A DNA stretch of 64,000 bases from an uncultured virus (IMG/VR IMGVR_UViG_3300037418_003661). Taxonomy: Duplodnaviria > Heunggongvirae > Uroviricota > Caudoviricetes. The stretch's first letter is position 1. The number at the start of each line of letters is the position of its first letter. Shown here piece by piece: positions 48,797 through 58,300 of the stretch. A program made the position numbers and the translations under genes. The stretch is taken from IMG/VR virus record IMGVR_UViG_3300037418_003661; one strand, written 5' to 3'. The notes below the pieces were generated by a model. The model was not told the DNA's origin. It saw nothing but the letters and a program-made list of their open reading frames with translations, and searched no databases.

Positions 48797-49603
48797 TTAG
48801 GGGTTGCCGTTGCCCAGGAGGACGGTGCTGCGGAGACGGTTGTCCACCGAGGTGATGGCCGCGCCCGCGAGGTTGGCGCCCGACGCGGTCGCCGTGCCCG
48901 CCGCAGCGGTGTCGGCCGCGGTCAGCGTGTACGCCGTCGCGTCCTTCGAGGTCAGGGTCGCCACCGCGCCCACGACCGACACGCTCACCTTGGCCGCCGC
49001 CGTGGCGTTGGCTTCGATCGCGGTCTTCGCCAGCGCGGCCATCTGAGCCGCCGTGGTGCCGTTGACGGTCGAGGTCACCACAACGGCGGTGCCGCCGATG
49101 GTGATCGTGGCCGTCTCGGTGTTGTCGAACACGCCACCGAAGGTGACGGTGCCGGTGTCGGCGCTCGACACGACCTTGCCCAGCAGGATCGAGGCGGGCT
49201 CGGGCTGACGCAGGGGACCCTTCTGGGAGAAGCCGGTCGTGTTGATCAGCGCGCCCATGTTGGGGTCGTGCTGCAGCTCGGGGGCGACGTCGCGGTACTG
49301 CTGACCCGACGCGAGGTCGGCCGACAGGGCGAGCGTGCCGTCCGTCTTCAGCCAGACGAGCTTGGTCGCGTTGTGGGGAACCGTGATGGTGAGCGGGGTC
49401 TGGATGTCCAGCTCCACGCCGGGGATGTTCATGCCGGACGCCGCCTTGTTGGGCAGCGCGTCGACCTGCGCCTGGGTACGGCCCACGCGGGCCATGCCGA
49501 CGGAGGCGGTCAGGGTCAGCGCGGAGGCGCTGAGAAGCAGGCTGTTGCCGACCGTGCCCAGCCCCAGACCCACCTTGTCGAGTGCGTGAAAACCATGCTG
49601 CAT
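48797..49603 (-). CDS. Putative capsid decoration protein
   Basis: Directly after the major capsid gene; contains an inserted module similar to the sheath's repeated domains. Confidence 0.55.
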   Translation of the reverse strand: MQHGFHALDKVGLGLGTVGNSLLLSASALTLTASVGMARVGRTQAQVDALPNKAASGMNIPGVELDIQTPLTITVPHNATKLVWLKTDGTLALSADLASGQQYRDVAPELQHDPNMGALINTTGFSQKGPLRQPEPASILLGKVVSSADTGTVTFGGVFDNTETATITIGGTAVVVTSTVNGTTAAQMAALAKTAIEANATAAAKVSVSVVGAVATLTSKDATAYTLTAADTAAAGTATASGANLAGAAITSVDNRLRSTVLLGNGNP

Positions 49604-49626
49604 GGTGCAGTTCTCCTTATAGGGGT

Positions 49627-49653
49627 GGGAGGGTGGACTTAATCCACCCTCCC
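49627..49653. other. Hairpin after the major capsid gene
   Basis: GGGAGGGTGGA-cttaa-TCCACCCTCCC, 11-bp perfect stem without U-tract. Confidence 0.55.
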
Positions 49654-49660
49654 CAGGGCG

Positions 49661-50767
49661 CTAGAACGGGTTGGTGACCGTCGGATCGACCAGGGCCGTC
49701 AGGTTCGAGACCGAGTCCACGGTCATGATGCCGATCCAGTCCGGGTAGACCAGGTACGGCAGACCGGAGTTGCCGATCTGGACCGAGCGGCCGGGGGCAG
49801 CCGGAGGCGTGGTGTCGGGGCCGGAGCGCACCCACAGACCAGGACGACCCGCGGGGTCCTCGCCCATGCAGTACATCATCTTGCCGACCGACTCGCCAGG
49901 GAAGTCGGGGTGCACGTCCGAAGCCAGCACGATCTTGTTGATCGGCCAGAGCTTCTGGGTGGCGCCCGTGACGGGGTCCTGGTAGATGTGGTCGAACGTG
50001 AGGATCTCCATGCCGGAGATGTGCGTCAGCTTGCCCTCGCTGAACGTCACGAAGCCGGTCTGCGACAGGAAGCTGACTTCCTGGCGGCGCAGGATCTCGG
50101 CGTTGCCTTCCAGGATCGTCTGGAGGTCCGAAGTCATGATGATGTACTTCGGCTCGACCTTGGCGACGTTCATGATGCGGCGACGGAAGCGCTTGAGCAG
50201 CTCGACCGGGGTCGAGTTCGCCTGGTTGGCGAAGCCGGGCAGGCCAGCGGCCACGACGTCGAACAGGTTGCTGGCCGGGATGCCGGTCGGCACGTTGATC
50301 GACTGCTTGGTGCGCGGGTCGGTGTAGTTGATGCCGCCCAGCAGCACCTGCGCCTTGAGCATGGTGAACAGGTGGTTGTTGCGGTTCGTCAGACGCTGCA
50401 GACGCTTCGCAATGAACTCCTTGCCCTCCTTCTCGTTGAGGGTGCCCAGCTTGCGCAGGTCGTTGATGATGTTCATCGGGATGAAGTCCGACTCGCGCAC
50501 GTACGCGGGGAAGACGTTCATGCGCTCGACTTGCGCGTTGTCCGTCAGGACGTCGGTGAAGCCGGGGTTCACCAGCGGGGCGACGCCCACGCCCTCGCGG
50601 ACGCGCTCGATCGTGATCGAGGTGTTCATCGTGGTTTCCTTGGGGAAGAACCGCGACAGGGGGTCACCCGAGAACTGCTCGAAGGTCAGCGCGAGCTTGG
50701 TCAGCACCGTGGTGCCGAGGCTCGCGATGTCGCCCACCGGGGCGAACTGGTTCACAGCTGCGTACAT
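49661..50767 (-). CDS. Major capsid protein (lambda gpE-like HK97 fold)
   Basis: LSRFFP, GVAPLV.PG, PAYVRES, AQVLLGG and PYLVYPD motifs; 368 aa; very strong codon bias; follows the protease. Confidence 0.88.
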   Translation of the reverse strand: MYAAVNQFAPVGDIASLGTTVLTKLALTFEQFSGDPLSRFFPKETTMNTSITIERVREGVGVAPLVNPGFTDVLTDNAQVERMNVFPAYVRESDFIPMNIINDLRKLGTLNEKEGKEFIAKRLQRLTNRNNHLFTMLKAQVLLGGINYTDPRTKQSINVPTGIPASNLFDVVAAGLPGFANQANSTPVELLKRFRRRIMNVAKVEPKYIIMTSDLQTILEGNAEILRRQEVSFLSQTGFVTFSEGKLTHISGMEILTFDHIYQDPVTGATQKLWPINKIVLASDVHPDFPGESVGKMMYCMGEDPAGRPGLWVRSGPDTTPPAAPGRSVQIGNSGLPYLVYPDWIGIMTVDSVSNLTALVDPTVTNPF

Positions 50768-50795
50768 CGGATCTATCTCCTCTACTTACCGCCGA

Positions 50796-52472
50796 CTACT
50801 TGCCGACGGTTTCGACGCGGGAGATGATCTCCGCGTACGGGTTGGGATCGCTGTCGGACAGCTGCTGGCCGACCTGGGTGTAGTTGACGCGGTTCTCCGC
50901 GGGAGTCTGCTCCAGGACGTCCAGGAGCGAGTCCACCAGGCTGACGGGGGCGGCGCCTTCCGACAGCTTGATCTGGCGGCCAGCCAGCTCGGGGTTGGAG
51001 GCCAGCGCCAGGACGGCGTTGACGGTGGTGGGGGCGATGCCCGCGCTCACCAGAGCTTCGGCGCGCTGCTGGACGCGGCTGCGCTCGGCGTTCTGGGTGA
51101 ACTGCTGCTGCACGGCGACGGTGGTCGTCAGCTGGGTCTGCAGGCCCTCGATCTTCTGGTCCTTCTCGGCCAGCTGAGTCGAGAACTCCTGCTTCACCGC
51201 GCCGACAGCTTCCGCGACCGCCGACGCGATCAGCGCCTGGACTTCGGTGGGCTTCATGTCGATCTCTCCTTCGGTGTTCGAGAACTCCTGCGCCGACGAA
51301 CCGGCACCGGTCTTGCTGTTGTCGATGGTAACCGTGCCACCGTTCACGTTCTGCGCAGGGTTCGAGTCACCCGCGGTCTGCGAGTGCTTCTCGTCCTTCG
51401 GCGCGGACTTGTCGTCGCCAGGCTTGGCGCCCTTCTTACCCTTCATGAAGTTGCCGACCATCGACAGGAACTCGCCCATCATCGAAGACATCGACTCGCG
51501 GTCCTCGTTGTCGCCCATCTTGTCGAGGTTCTTCGCCGCCTGATGGAGGGGTGCTCCGTGGCCGTGCATCTCGGTCGTGCCGCCTTCTGCACCAGCGCCG
51601 GTGTAGACCTCGGAGGGCTTGCCCGCGGGCTTGTTCACGCTCTGCGAATCCGCCGAGGGCTTCTGGTCGGTGTCCATGCCCGACTCGTTCTGCTTGGGGC
51701 TCTCCTTGCCCTTGGTCTCGCTGTAGACGGTACCGGGCTGACCGGCGGTCTTGGTGGACACGTCCGCCGCGCCGGGAGCCGACAGGCTGCCCGCGAGACG
51801 GGCGCGCAGAGCGGCACGCTGGTCGGCGTTGATCGACAGGGACTCGGCGCCCATCGCCGCATCGATCATGGAAAGGATCTCATCCGGGTTCATGGTCAGT
51901 GCTCCTTCGTTACTCAGGTTCAAGCGCATGAACCCGTTAGAGGGGGTGCCGTCCGCGCCTTCCGAGAGAGCCTGGTTGCGCGGGAGATCGGGGACAAACG
52001 GGGCGTTGGTGAGCGCGTGCGCCGTCAGCAGGGTGCCGATGGGGCGCCCGTCGCGCTTGGAAATGGCGTGACGCGTCAGTTCGGCGGACGAAAACTCGTA
52101 CTCGCCGTTCTTGACTTCCTGAACGACCTTCTCGCAGCCCGCGATGGGATCGTAGACGCCGTACAGAACGTCTCCTTCCTTCTCCAAGCGGAGCAGGTTC
52201 GCGATCTTGGGCTCGCCATCAACCGCCTCGGGATGGGCGGCGTGGCCGTAGCGGAGGTACGGTGTGAAGCCGCACTCGTTCTCCTCGAAGTTACGGACCA
52301 TGTCCGCGAAATCGCTATCGCTGAAGTGCACGATGCCGTAGCGCTTGTGCACGAACGTGCCCAGGCGCGCCACGGGGATGCGCACGTACTTGTCGACTGC
52401 CTGTGCTTCGGCGGTCGAGAAGTAGCAGTGGATCGCCGCGGGTGCGACATCATAAGTGGGATCTACAGCCAT
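50796..52472 (-). CDS. Prohead protease (Mu gpI-like) fused to scaffold
   Basis: RLGTFVHKRYG...MVRNF...YGH, EYEFSSAEL and L.AHALTNAPFVPDLP motifs; long low-complexity/coiled-coil C-terminus. Confidence 0.85.
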   Translation of the reverse strand: MAVDPTYDVAPAAIHCYFSTAEAQAVDKYVRIPVARLGTFVHKRYGIVHFSDSDFADMVRNFEENECGFTPYLRYGHAAHPEAVDGEPKIANLLRLEKEGDVLYGVYDPIAGCEKVVQEVKNGEYEFSSAELTRHAISKRDGRPIGTLLTAHALTNAPFVPDLPRNQALSEGADGTPSNGFMRLNLSNEGALTMNPDEILSMIDAAMGAESLSINADQRAALRARLAGSLSAPGAADVSTKTAGQPGTVYSETKGKESPKQNESGMDTDQKPSADSQSVNKPAGKPSEVYTGAGAEGGTTEMHGHGAPLHQAAKNLDKMGDNEDRESMSSMMGEFLSMVGNFMKGKKGAKPGDDKSAPKDEKHSQTAGDSNPAQNVNGGTVTIDNSKTGAGSSAQEFSNTEGEIDMKPTEVQALIASAVAEAVGAVKQEFSTQLAEKDQKIEGLQTQLTTTVAVQQQFTQNAERSRVQQRAEALVSAGIAPTTVNAVLALASNPELAGRQIKLSEGAAPVSLVDSLLDVLEQTPAENRVNYTQVGQQLSDSDPNPYAEIISRVETVGK

Positions 52473-52514
52473 AATTCACACGGTAAAAGTTTGTGCACGG
52501 CAGTTTCTGGGGGA

Positions 52515-52952
52515 CTAGCAGGGACTGTCCGACGTGCTTTCCAACCAACCGGCGTTCAGGAAGCCGTGGTATAGCGTGTGCGTTGTGTGGCCTTGCGAGG
52601 GATCTTCCCAGTTGTTCGGACGATCAACCGAGACGTGAATGCTCGGCGTGGCTGTAAGGTCCGGGGCGCTACCGGTGATGGTCCAGAAGCCTCCTTGCTG
52701 CGAAGGAGCGTTCATCATCCACGGGAACCCATCCGGGCACTTGAGGATCCACATCTTGCCATCGGGTCCCGGTCGACCGTGGGTGTAGGGATGCTCGACC
52801 AGCGCGCCTGGCGGCAACTTGCTCCAGGTGACGATCGCGCGCGTCTCGGGATGGAAGTACGAACGTTCGTGCCAGTAGTGCTCCGACGGCTGGTCGGGCA
52901 CGTCGACACCCACGGTGACGGGTTCGGCGATGTAGCAGCGAATGCGGCTCAT
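52515..52952 (-). CDS. DUF6527-like protein
   Basis: WTITGSAPDLTATPSI...YHGFLNAGWL motif. Confidence 0.5.
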   Translation of the reverse strand: MSRIRCYIAEPVTVGVDVPDQPSEHYWHERSYFHPETRAIVTWSKLPPGALVEHPYTHGRPGPDGKMWILKCPDGFPWMMNAPSQQGGFWTITGSAPDLTATPSIHVSVDRPNNWEDPSQGHTTHTLYHGFLNAGWLESTSDSPC

Positions 52953-52954
52953 GA

Positions 52955-54643
52955 CTACCTCGACTGACGTCCGCCGACGTCGTTGCCCTTCTGCGACTTC
53001 ATGCCAGCCTTCTGCGAGGCGCTGGGCACCGTACGGGTGTACGGCGCGGGCGGCAGGGGCAGCGGAGCCTTGGTGGCTTGCTGGGCAGTCGTCGTGGTCT
53101 TGGTAGGTACTGGCGGAGCACCCGTGCCCGAGGATCCGCTCTTGCCGCCGGACTTCTTGATGACCTGGGTCTGCGTCTTACCCGCGTTGCTGATCTGGGG
53201 CTCGTTCTTGGTGATGGTCTTGACCTCGGTCTGCGCGTCCGCCTGATGCTGGGCGGTGAGCGAGAGCGCGCGGTTCTTCGCGGCCAGACGCTTGGCGCGA
53301 TCCTCTTCCATCGTGTCGATGCCCACGCGCGAGCGCATCATGTTGATGTCGTTCACGTCGGTGTTGTCGATGGCGCCGACCATGACCATCTTCTCGAAAA
53401 TGCTGGCCATGATCTCCATGGTCGCGGGGTCCCACGGCGAGTGTTCGAATCGTCCGGGATTCGGATCCCCGAAGTTGATGCGAACCAGGGGACCGATCAC
53501 CTGCTCGACGAACGGCTCGATGATCTCGGCGTACAGCTCGCCCAGCACCATCTTGTAGACCTCGAAGTGGATGGCCGTGGCTGCACCGCTCCCCAAGCCG
53601 CCCTTCTCGTTCTCGTTAAGCAACAACGCGGGAATCAACAGCCCCCGGAAGATCATCTTGTTGTAGTACTTGATGGCTTCCTCGAAGGCGCCACCGAAGT
53701 TGTTGCCCGTCGTCAAGGTGCCCAGCTTGATCTGGGTCGCGTCCGGCGTCGGGTTCGTGATGACAAGGCCGGTGCCGGTGTGGATGTTGCTGATCGCGGC
53801 TTCGGTCGAGTCGGCGAAGGTCTCCGCGCGCACACCACCAGGAGCCGAGGGGTCCGCGACCTGGTTGCCGGTCAAGCCGTTCGGCACGATGGCATAGGCG
53901 ACGGGCGTGCCGTAGCGATCCAGCGCGACGTTCCACATCTCCAAGACCGCCTCCTTGAGGCGCCAGTCCTTGTAGATGCGCTTGAGGGCAGACTCGCCGT
54001 AGTAGTTGTTGTAGCGCTTGTTGTGGCTCACCAGGCAGCAGCGCTGCAGTGGGAGCTGGACCGGCGCACCACCCAGGCGATCCTGCCAGATGCCGGTCCT
54101 GAACGCGACGTTGAAGGCGGGCGTCTCGCCCTGCGTCAAGATGCCGTGAGTGTTCACGTACATGGTCAACGTGCGTGGGTTGTAGTTGGCGATGTAGTCG
54201 ATCCAGACCTTACCGGCCTCGGCCTTGTAAACGGTCTCCGACACACCAAAGCCCGCCCAGAGCGAGGAGATTGCCAACTCACCCAGTGCAGACTTGTAGG
54301 AGCCCTTCATGCGGGCAAAGTTCTCGTTGACGAAGTCCACGACCTCCGGGTTGGGGTGCCAGTACGGCCCCATCGACGCCAGGATCGAGAGCTTCAAGAA
54401 CTCGATGCCCGCGCCGATCGTCTCGTCGGTGGTCAGGGCGCGCTCGTACTCCGCGAGCCGCAGGTACTCGGGATGGCCGAAGAACCCGTAGATGGTCTGC
54501 GCCGTCCAGTGGGACAGCGTGGTGCCGATCTGCTTCGAGTAGCCTCGGGGCAGACGGGTCTCCTTGTTCTCGTGGCCGCTCTGGGCGGAAACTTCCGCCT
54601 TGAGCGTGTCGTCGAGCTTCTTCGGGGACTTCTTACTGGCCAT
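52955..54643 (-). CDS. Portal protein (DUF935/Mu gp29-like)
   Basis: GFGVSETVY, NYYGESALKRIYKDWRLK...WNVALDRYGTP, GLGS.A....H and LVRINFG. Confidence 0.88.
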   Translation of the reverse strand: MASKKSPKKLDDTLKAEVSAQSGHENKETRLPRGYSKQIGTTLSHWTAQTIYGFFGHPEYLRLAEYERALTTDETIGAGIEFLKLSILASMGPYWHPNPEVVDFVNENFARMKGSYKSALGELAISSLWAGFGVSETVYKAEAGKVWIDYIANYNPRTLTMYVNTHGILTQGETPAFNVAFRTGIWQDRLGGAPVQLPLQRCCLVSHNKRYNNYYGESALKRIYKDWRLKEAVLEMWNVALDRYGTPVAYAIVPNGLTGNQVADPSAPGGVRAETFADSTEAAISNIHTGTGLVITNPTPDATQIKLGTLTTGNNFGGAFEEAIKYYNKMIFRGLLIPALLLNENEKGGLGSGAATAIHFEVYKMVLGELYAEIIEPFVEQVIGPLVRINFGDPNPGRFEHSPWDPATMEIMASIFEKMVMVGAIDNTDVNDINMMRSRVGIDTMEEDRAKRLAAKNRALSLTAQHQADAQTEVKTITKNEPQISNAGKTQTQVIKKSGGKSGSSGTGAPPVPTKTTTTAQQATKAPLPLPPAPYTRTVPSASQKAGMKSQKGNDVGGRQSR

Positions 54644-54655
54644 GAGAACCTGCGG

Positions 54656-55248
54656 CTAGAGGGAGGGTCGGGGGAGCAGTTCGCTGGGCGTCCGCGTGTG
54701 CATTCCTGCAGTGCGCGGCATCGCGTCCTGCTCCGGCGGCTTGAGCAGCTCCTGCAGCTTCATATCGCCTTCGGTTTCCTCGTCGGCGATCATCTGCTGG
54801 ACCTCCTCGATCCAGACCTCCAATTCCACGTCGGACATCTCGATGGACTCGGAGGGCTGGATGCGTCCGTGGCGAGCTAGGAATGCTCGCTCTGGGATTC
54901 GGAGGTGGACTCGGAGGAGCTGCTTGCGCCGCTCAAGAGCTTTTTTGCGACCTCCTTGATGTCGGCCACATCACCTTCGCCGATGGTGAACATCTCCAGG
55001 AAGAGGCGCGTGTACGCCTGCTGATCCTTGATGGTCCAGCTGCCCATGCGGTGACGGGGATCCGGCTCCCGGAAGGGGTTGCCGTTGATCGACTTCAGGC
55101 AGTACGCCGCCAGCAGCTCTTCGACGCTCTGACGATCGTCGGGCTTGAGCATGCCGATCACGGCGTTGCGATCTTTGGCGTACGGCTCGCGGAAGGTGAT
55201 CTCGTTGCCGGACGGCAGGGCGTAGGGGAACTCGCGAAGAGCGGGCAA
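54656..55248 (-). CDS. Tail assembly chaperone, long (frameshifted, G-T type) form
   Basis: The -1 frame after GCA-AAA-AAG (54940-54948) is open to the TAG at 54656: KKALERRKQLLRVHLRIPERAFLARHGRIQPSESIEMSDVELEVWIEEV... Confidence 0.7.
54877..55248 (-). CDS. Tail assembly chaperone, short form (123 aa)
   Basis: AGGAGG RBS then TTG at 55248; LPSGNEITFREP..KD...CLKSING..; slippery heptamer near the 3' end. Confidence 0.75.
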   Translation of the reverse strand: MPALREFPYALPSGNEITFREPYAKDRNAVIGMLKPDDRQSVEELLAAYCLKSINGNPFREPDPRHRMGSWTIKDQQAYTRLFLEMFTIGEGDVADIKEVAKKLLSGASSSSESTSESQSEHS

Positions 55249-55370
55249 GGTGGACCTCCTAAAATGGGTGTGGCGCAGCTTCTGGCGCCGTCTACAGGTC
55301 TCACCTTCCCACTTACATGTACTCATATTCTGTGCAGAACATGCAGTGATCCCACATCGAGCATGAGACC

Positions 55371-58300
55371 ATGGCCTTCTTCGTGCTCCGCAACACGCAG
55401 ACCGACCTCTACCAGGTGGTGGAGGCGGCAAACCGTGCGGAGGTGGAATCGCGCTGGTTGCGCGGCAAGCCCTTCGTCTATGGAACCGGCCGCATCTTCG
55501 CCGATCCCACAAGCGCACAGGGCTGGTTGTCCAACGCAAGTGTCCCCGACATGGGTAAGCGCCCCGCTACCCTCGACTTGGCTATGGGTCAACAGATGCT
55601 CGCCCGCGTACGCGCGGAGGAAGCCGCCGACCGAGTCGTCGAGAACTCCATCCCGGACGCCTCCGCCGAGAGCGATGGCAGCCGAACCCAGCCCGAGGAC
55701 CGCGACGCCGAACGCGACGGGTTGACGCGCCCCGAGAAGGGCGATGTCTTCAAGAAGACGGAGATCATCCCCGCGGATGCCCCGCGCCCCATCGGCGAGA
55801 GCGTGTGGGGCAAGGCCGAAGATCTCTTGCCTAGTGATGCCGACCTCGTCCGCAGCACCTTCGAGGAAGCCGAGCGCTTCGTCGATACGGCCACTCATGA
55901 GATGGCGAAGCGCAACGAGGACATGCTGGCCGACGGTCGGCGCACGTCCCCGAAGCCTCCCAAGATCACCGAGACCACGACGAAGAACGCCTTCGTGCGC
56001 ACCTTCGACGCGTCGGGTCAGGTCACGTCGGCCGACCACTTCACGTACAGCGTCAAGCCCGCGGCTACCCGCAGCATGAGTGTCGGGTGGCGGGATCATC
56101 CCGACTACATGGGACCTGTCCCCGGTTCGCAGCTGGAACCACTGGTCCCACCCGAAGATCCCGTATTCAAGCCTCGCCAGGGTTGGACACGTACACCCGA
56201 CAAGTACCAGATCCGTGAGTTCTACCACGACATCGCCACCGCACGATCGGTTGCAGCGGTCACGGGTGGGCGCGTGTCGATGGTTGAAGCAGGTGTCGCG
56301 GGTCCCGAATCCCTGGCCATGGTCACCTACCTCAACAAGCGCTACAACAAGGCAGCATCGGTGGGTGCCGATCCTGTCCGTGCCCAGTACGATGGTTACA
56401 CCTTCACCTCGCGCCGCAGTCTCGATGCGTTCGTGCAACGTAAGCTGGCTGACGCCTACGAGGCGCCCAGGCGCCCATGGGAGGGTGGTGTTCGCATCAA
56501 CATGGGGCTGGTGGCCGGTGATTACCACCAGAACAGCTTGGGACCTGACGGGCGCCCTGTCGCACGTCCAGGTTACATCAGCAAGGGCATGCGCCCGGCT
56601 ACCCCCGAAGATGTTGCCCGGTTCAACGATGAAGCTGCCAACATTCAGGCACGTACTCGCGCATCGCAAGAGCGTTACGCGGGGCTGGACGGCAACCGCG
56701 ACGACTACCGCACGGGTGTCGCCCGTTCGCTCGTGTCGGACGGTCTGTCCTCGCCCGACTTCGAGCAGGGCGACCGTTCGGCGTGGGAGATGCAGCGCGC
56801 GGGTGATCTCATGGAAGACCGGATCGACGCGGCCATGTACGGCGGCACCATCGATCCCATCACCGGCTTCCGCAGCACGGAGGTCTCCAAGAGCTTGATG
56901 CCCAGCGGCTTCGGAGACGATGCGCTGGGTCGTCCCGAGATGCTGTCGTCCGAGGTGCACTTCTTCACACGCAGCCACGAGGAAGCGCTGCTGATGGCGC
57001 GCCGCCGCTCCGGCCACATCGCCAAGGTCGAGACGGCACCGACACCTTACTACGAGTTCACCTTGAAGCCGTACAATGCTCGTCCCGACGCCAAGCGTCT
57101 TCGCTCTATGCTCGGACGCAAGGCGGGGTACGTCAACGCGGACCAGCTCTACCTGGAGGCGATGAACCTCCCCAGCGACTACTACTCGCAGCGGCGCATC
57201 TCTTCCGACCCGCACGCCGAGGCAGGACGCATCGCCAAGGCGCTGGGTGCTGGTCTCGAAGCCTTCCGGCTCTCCGACATGAGTCGCTTCGTCGACGTGG
57301 CGGCGATCGTCAACGAAGGCACCGACGCGGTGATCGGCTACAAGCTGACGTATGCCAAGGACATCACCCGCATCAACCACGGCGACGCATCGTTGTCGGC
57401 AGGTCCGCTGGGCGGTGGCGAGAAGATCCAGTACATGCACATCAAGCGCTCGGATGGTACCGAAGAGTCGGGCCACTTCGCCTGGCGCGATGGTCAGTGG
57501 GTCAAGACCTCGCGTCCGCACCGCGGCGCCGAGAACGTCATCGACATGGTCGCCGATCACGAGCAGACCGCCTACATTTCGTGGAACAAGCAAGGCGAGC
57601 TGACGATCCGTGCCTACACCGAGTCCGAAGCCCAACGCATCTCCGGCATCTTGCGCGAGCGCGACCCCCACATTCAGCTCAACGCCAAGATCGGCAAGAG
57701 CACCGAAGCCTACGACGTGCGCTTCTACGACAAGGAGTTCGACTACACCGGCAAGACCCCGGCACGCGAGCCTAAGTTGCCCGAGGCGGGTGTGGACCAG
57801 CTGTACCCCGACCGGGTGCCGTCCAGCTCCCCTTTGGCGCCTACTAACCGTCCTCAGGTCTCCCGTCAACAGGGCGCACCGCTGGGGCAGCTGGTCTCGC
57901 CCTCTACACCGGGTCTGTCGCCCCTCAACACCCGTACGGCAGCAGCCATCCCCGTCACCACGACGCGGGTGGGTGCTGCAGGCGACCGCAACTCTAGCTG
58001 GTGGTCGCAGCCCGAACACGTCTTTGCACTGCGCGGGTTGGACCGGCTCTCGTCTGCGGCACCCCTTGGTGCTTTGGTGATGGACGCGGAACCGGCCATT
58101 GCCCGTACAGTACATCCCGATCCTTACGTGAGCGACCCCCGCCGCGAGGAAACCACCCAGCGTTGGGCGGTGAACCAGCAAAACCGGGCAATCGCCCAAA
58201 CGCGTGAACGCGAGATGTTCGCGCGCGAGGAAGCCGCACACGTCTCGCCACTCTCCAACACCGAGCTGCACGCACGCACGTTGCTGGGCGCCCTGCCCGG

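Noticed and set aside
108..54880. Very long plus-strand ORFs (e.g. 108-2324, 9810-13037, 13006-15648, 27048-32306, 39493-42084, 43034-45733, 50328-52574) and the minus-strand ORF 55323-58322
   Set aside because: Antisense shadows of real genes in GC-rich DNA: Arg/His/Gly/Val-rich, without motifs or RBS, and fully overlapping well-supported genes on the other strand.
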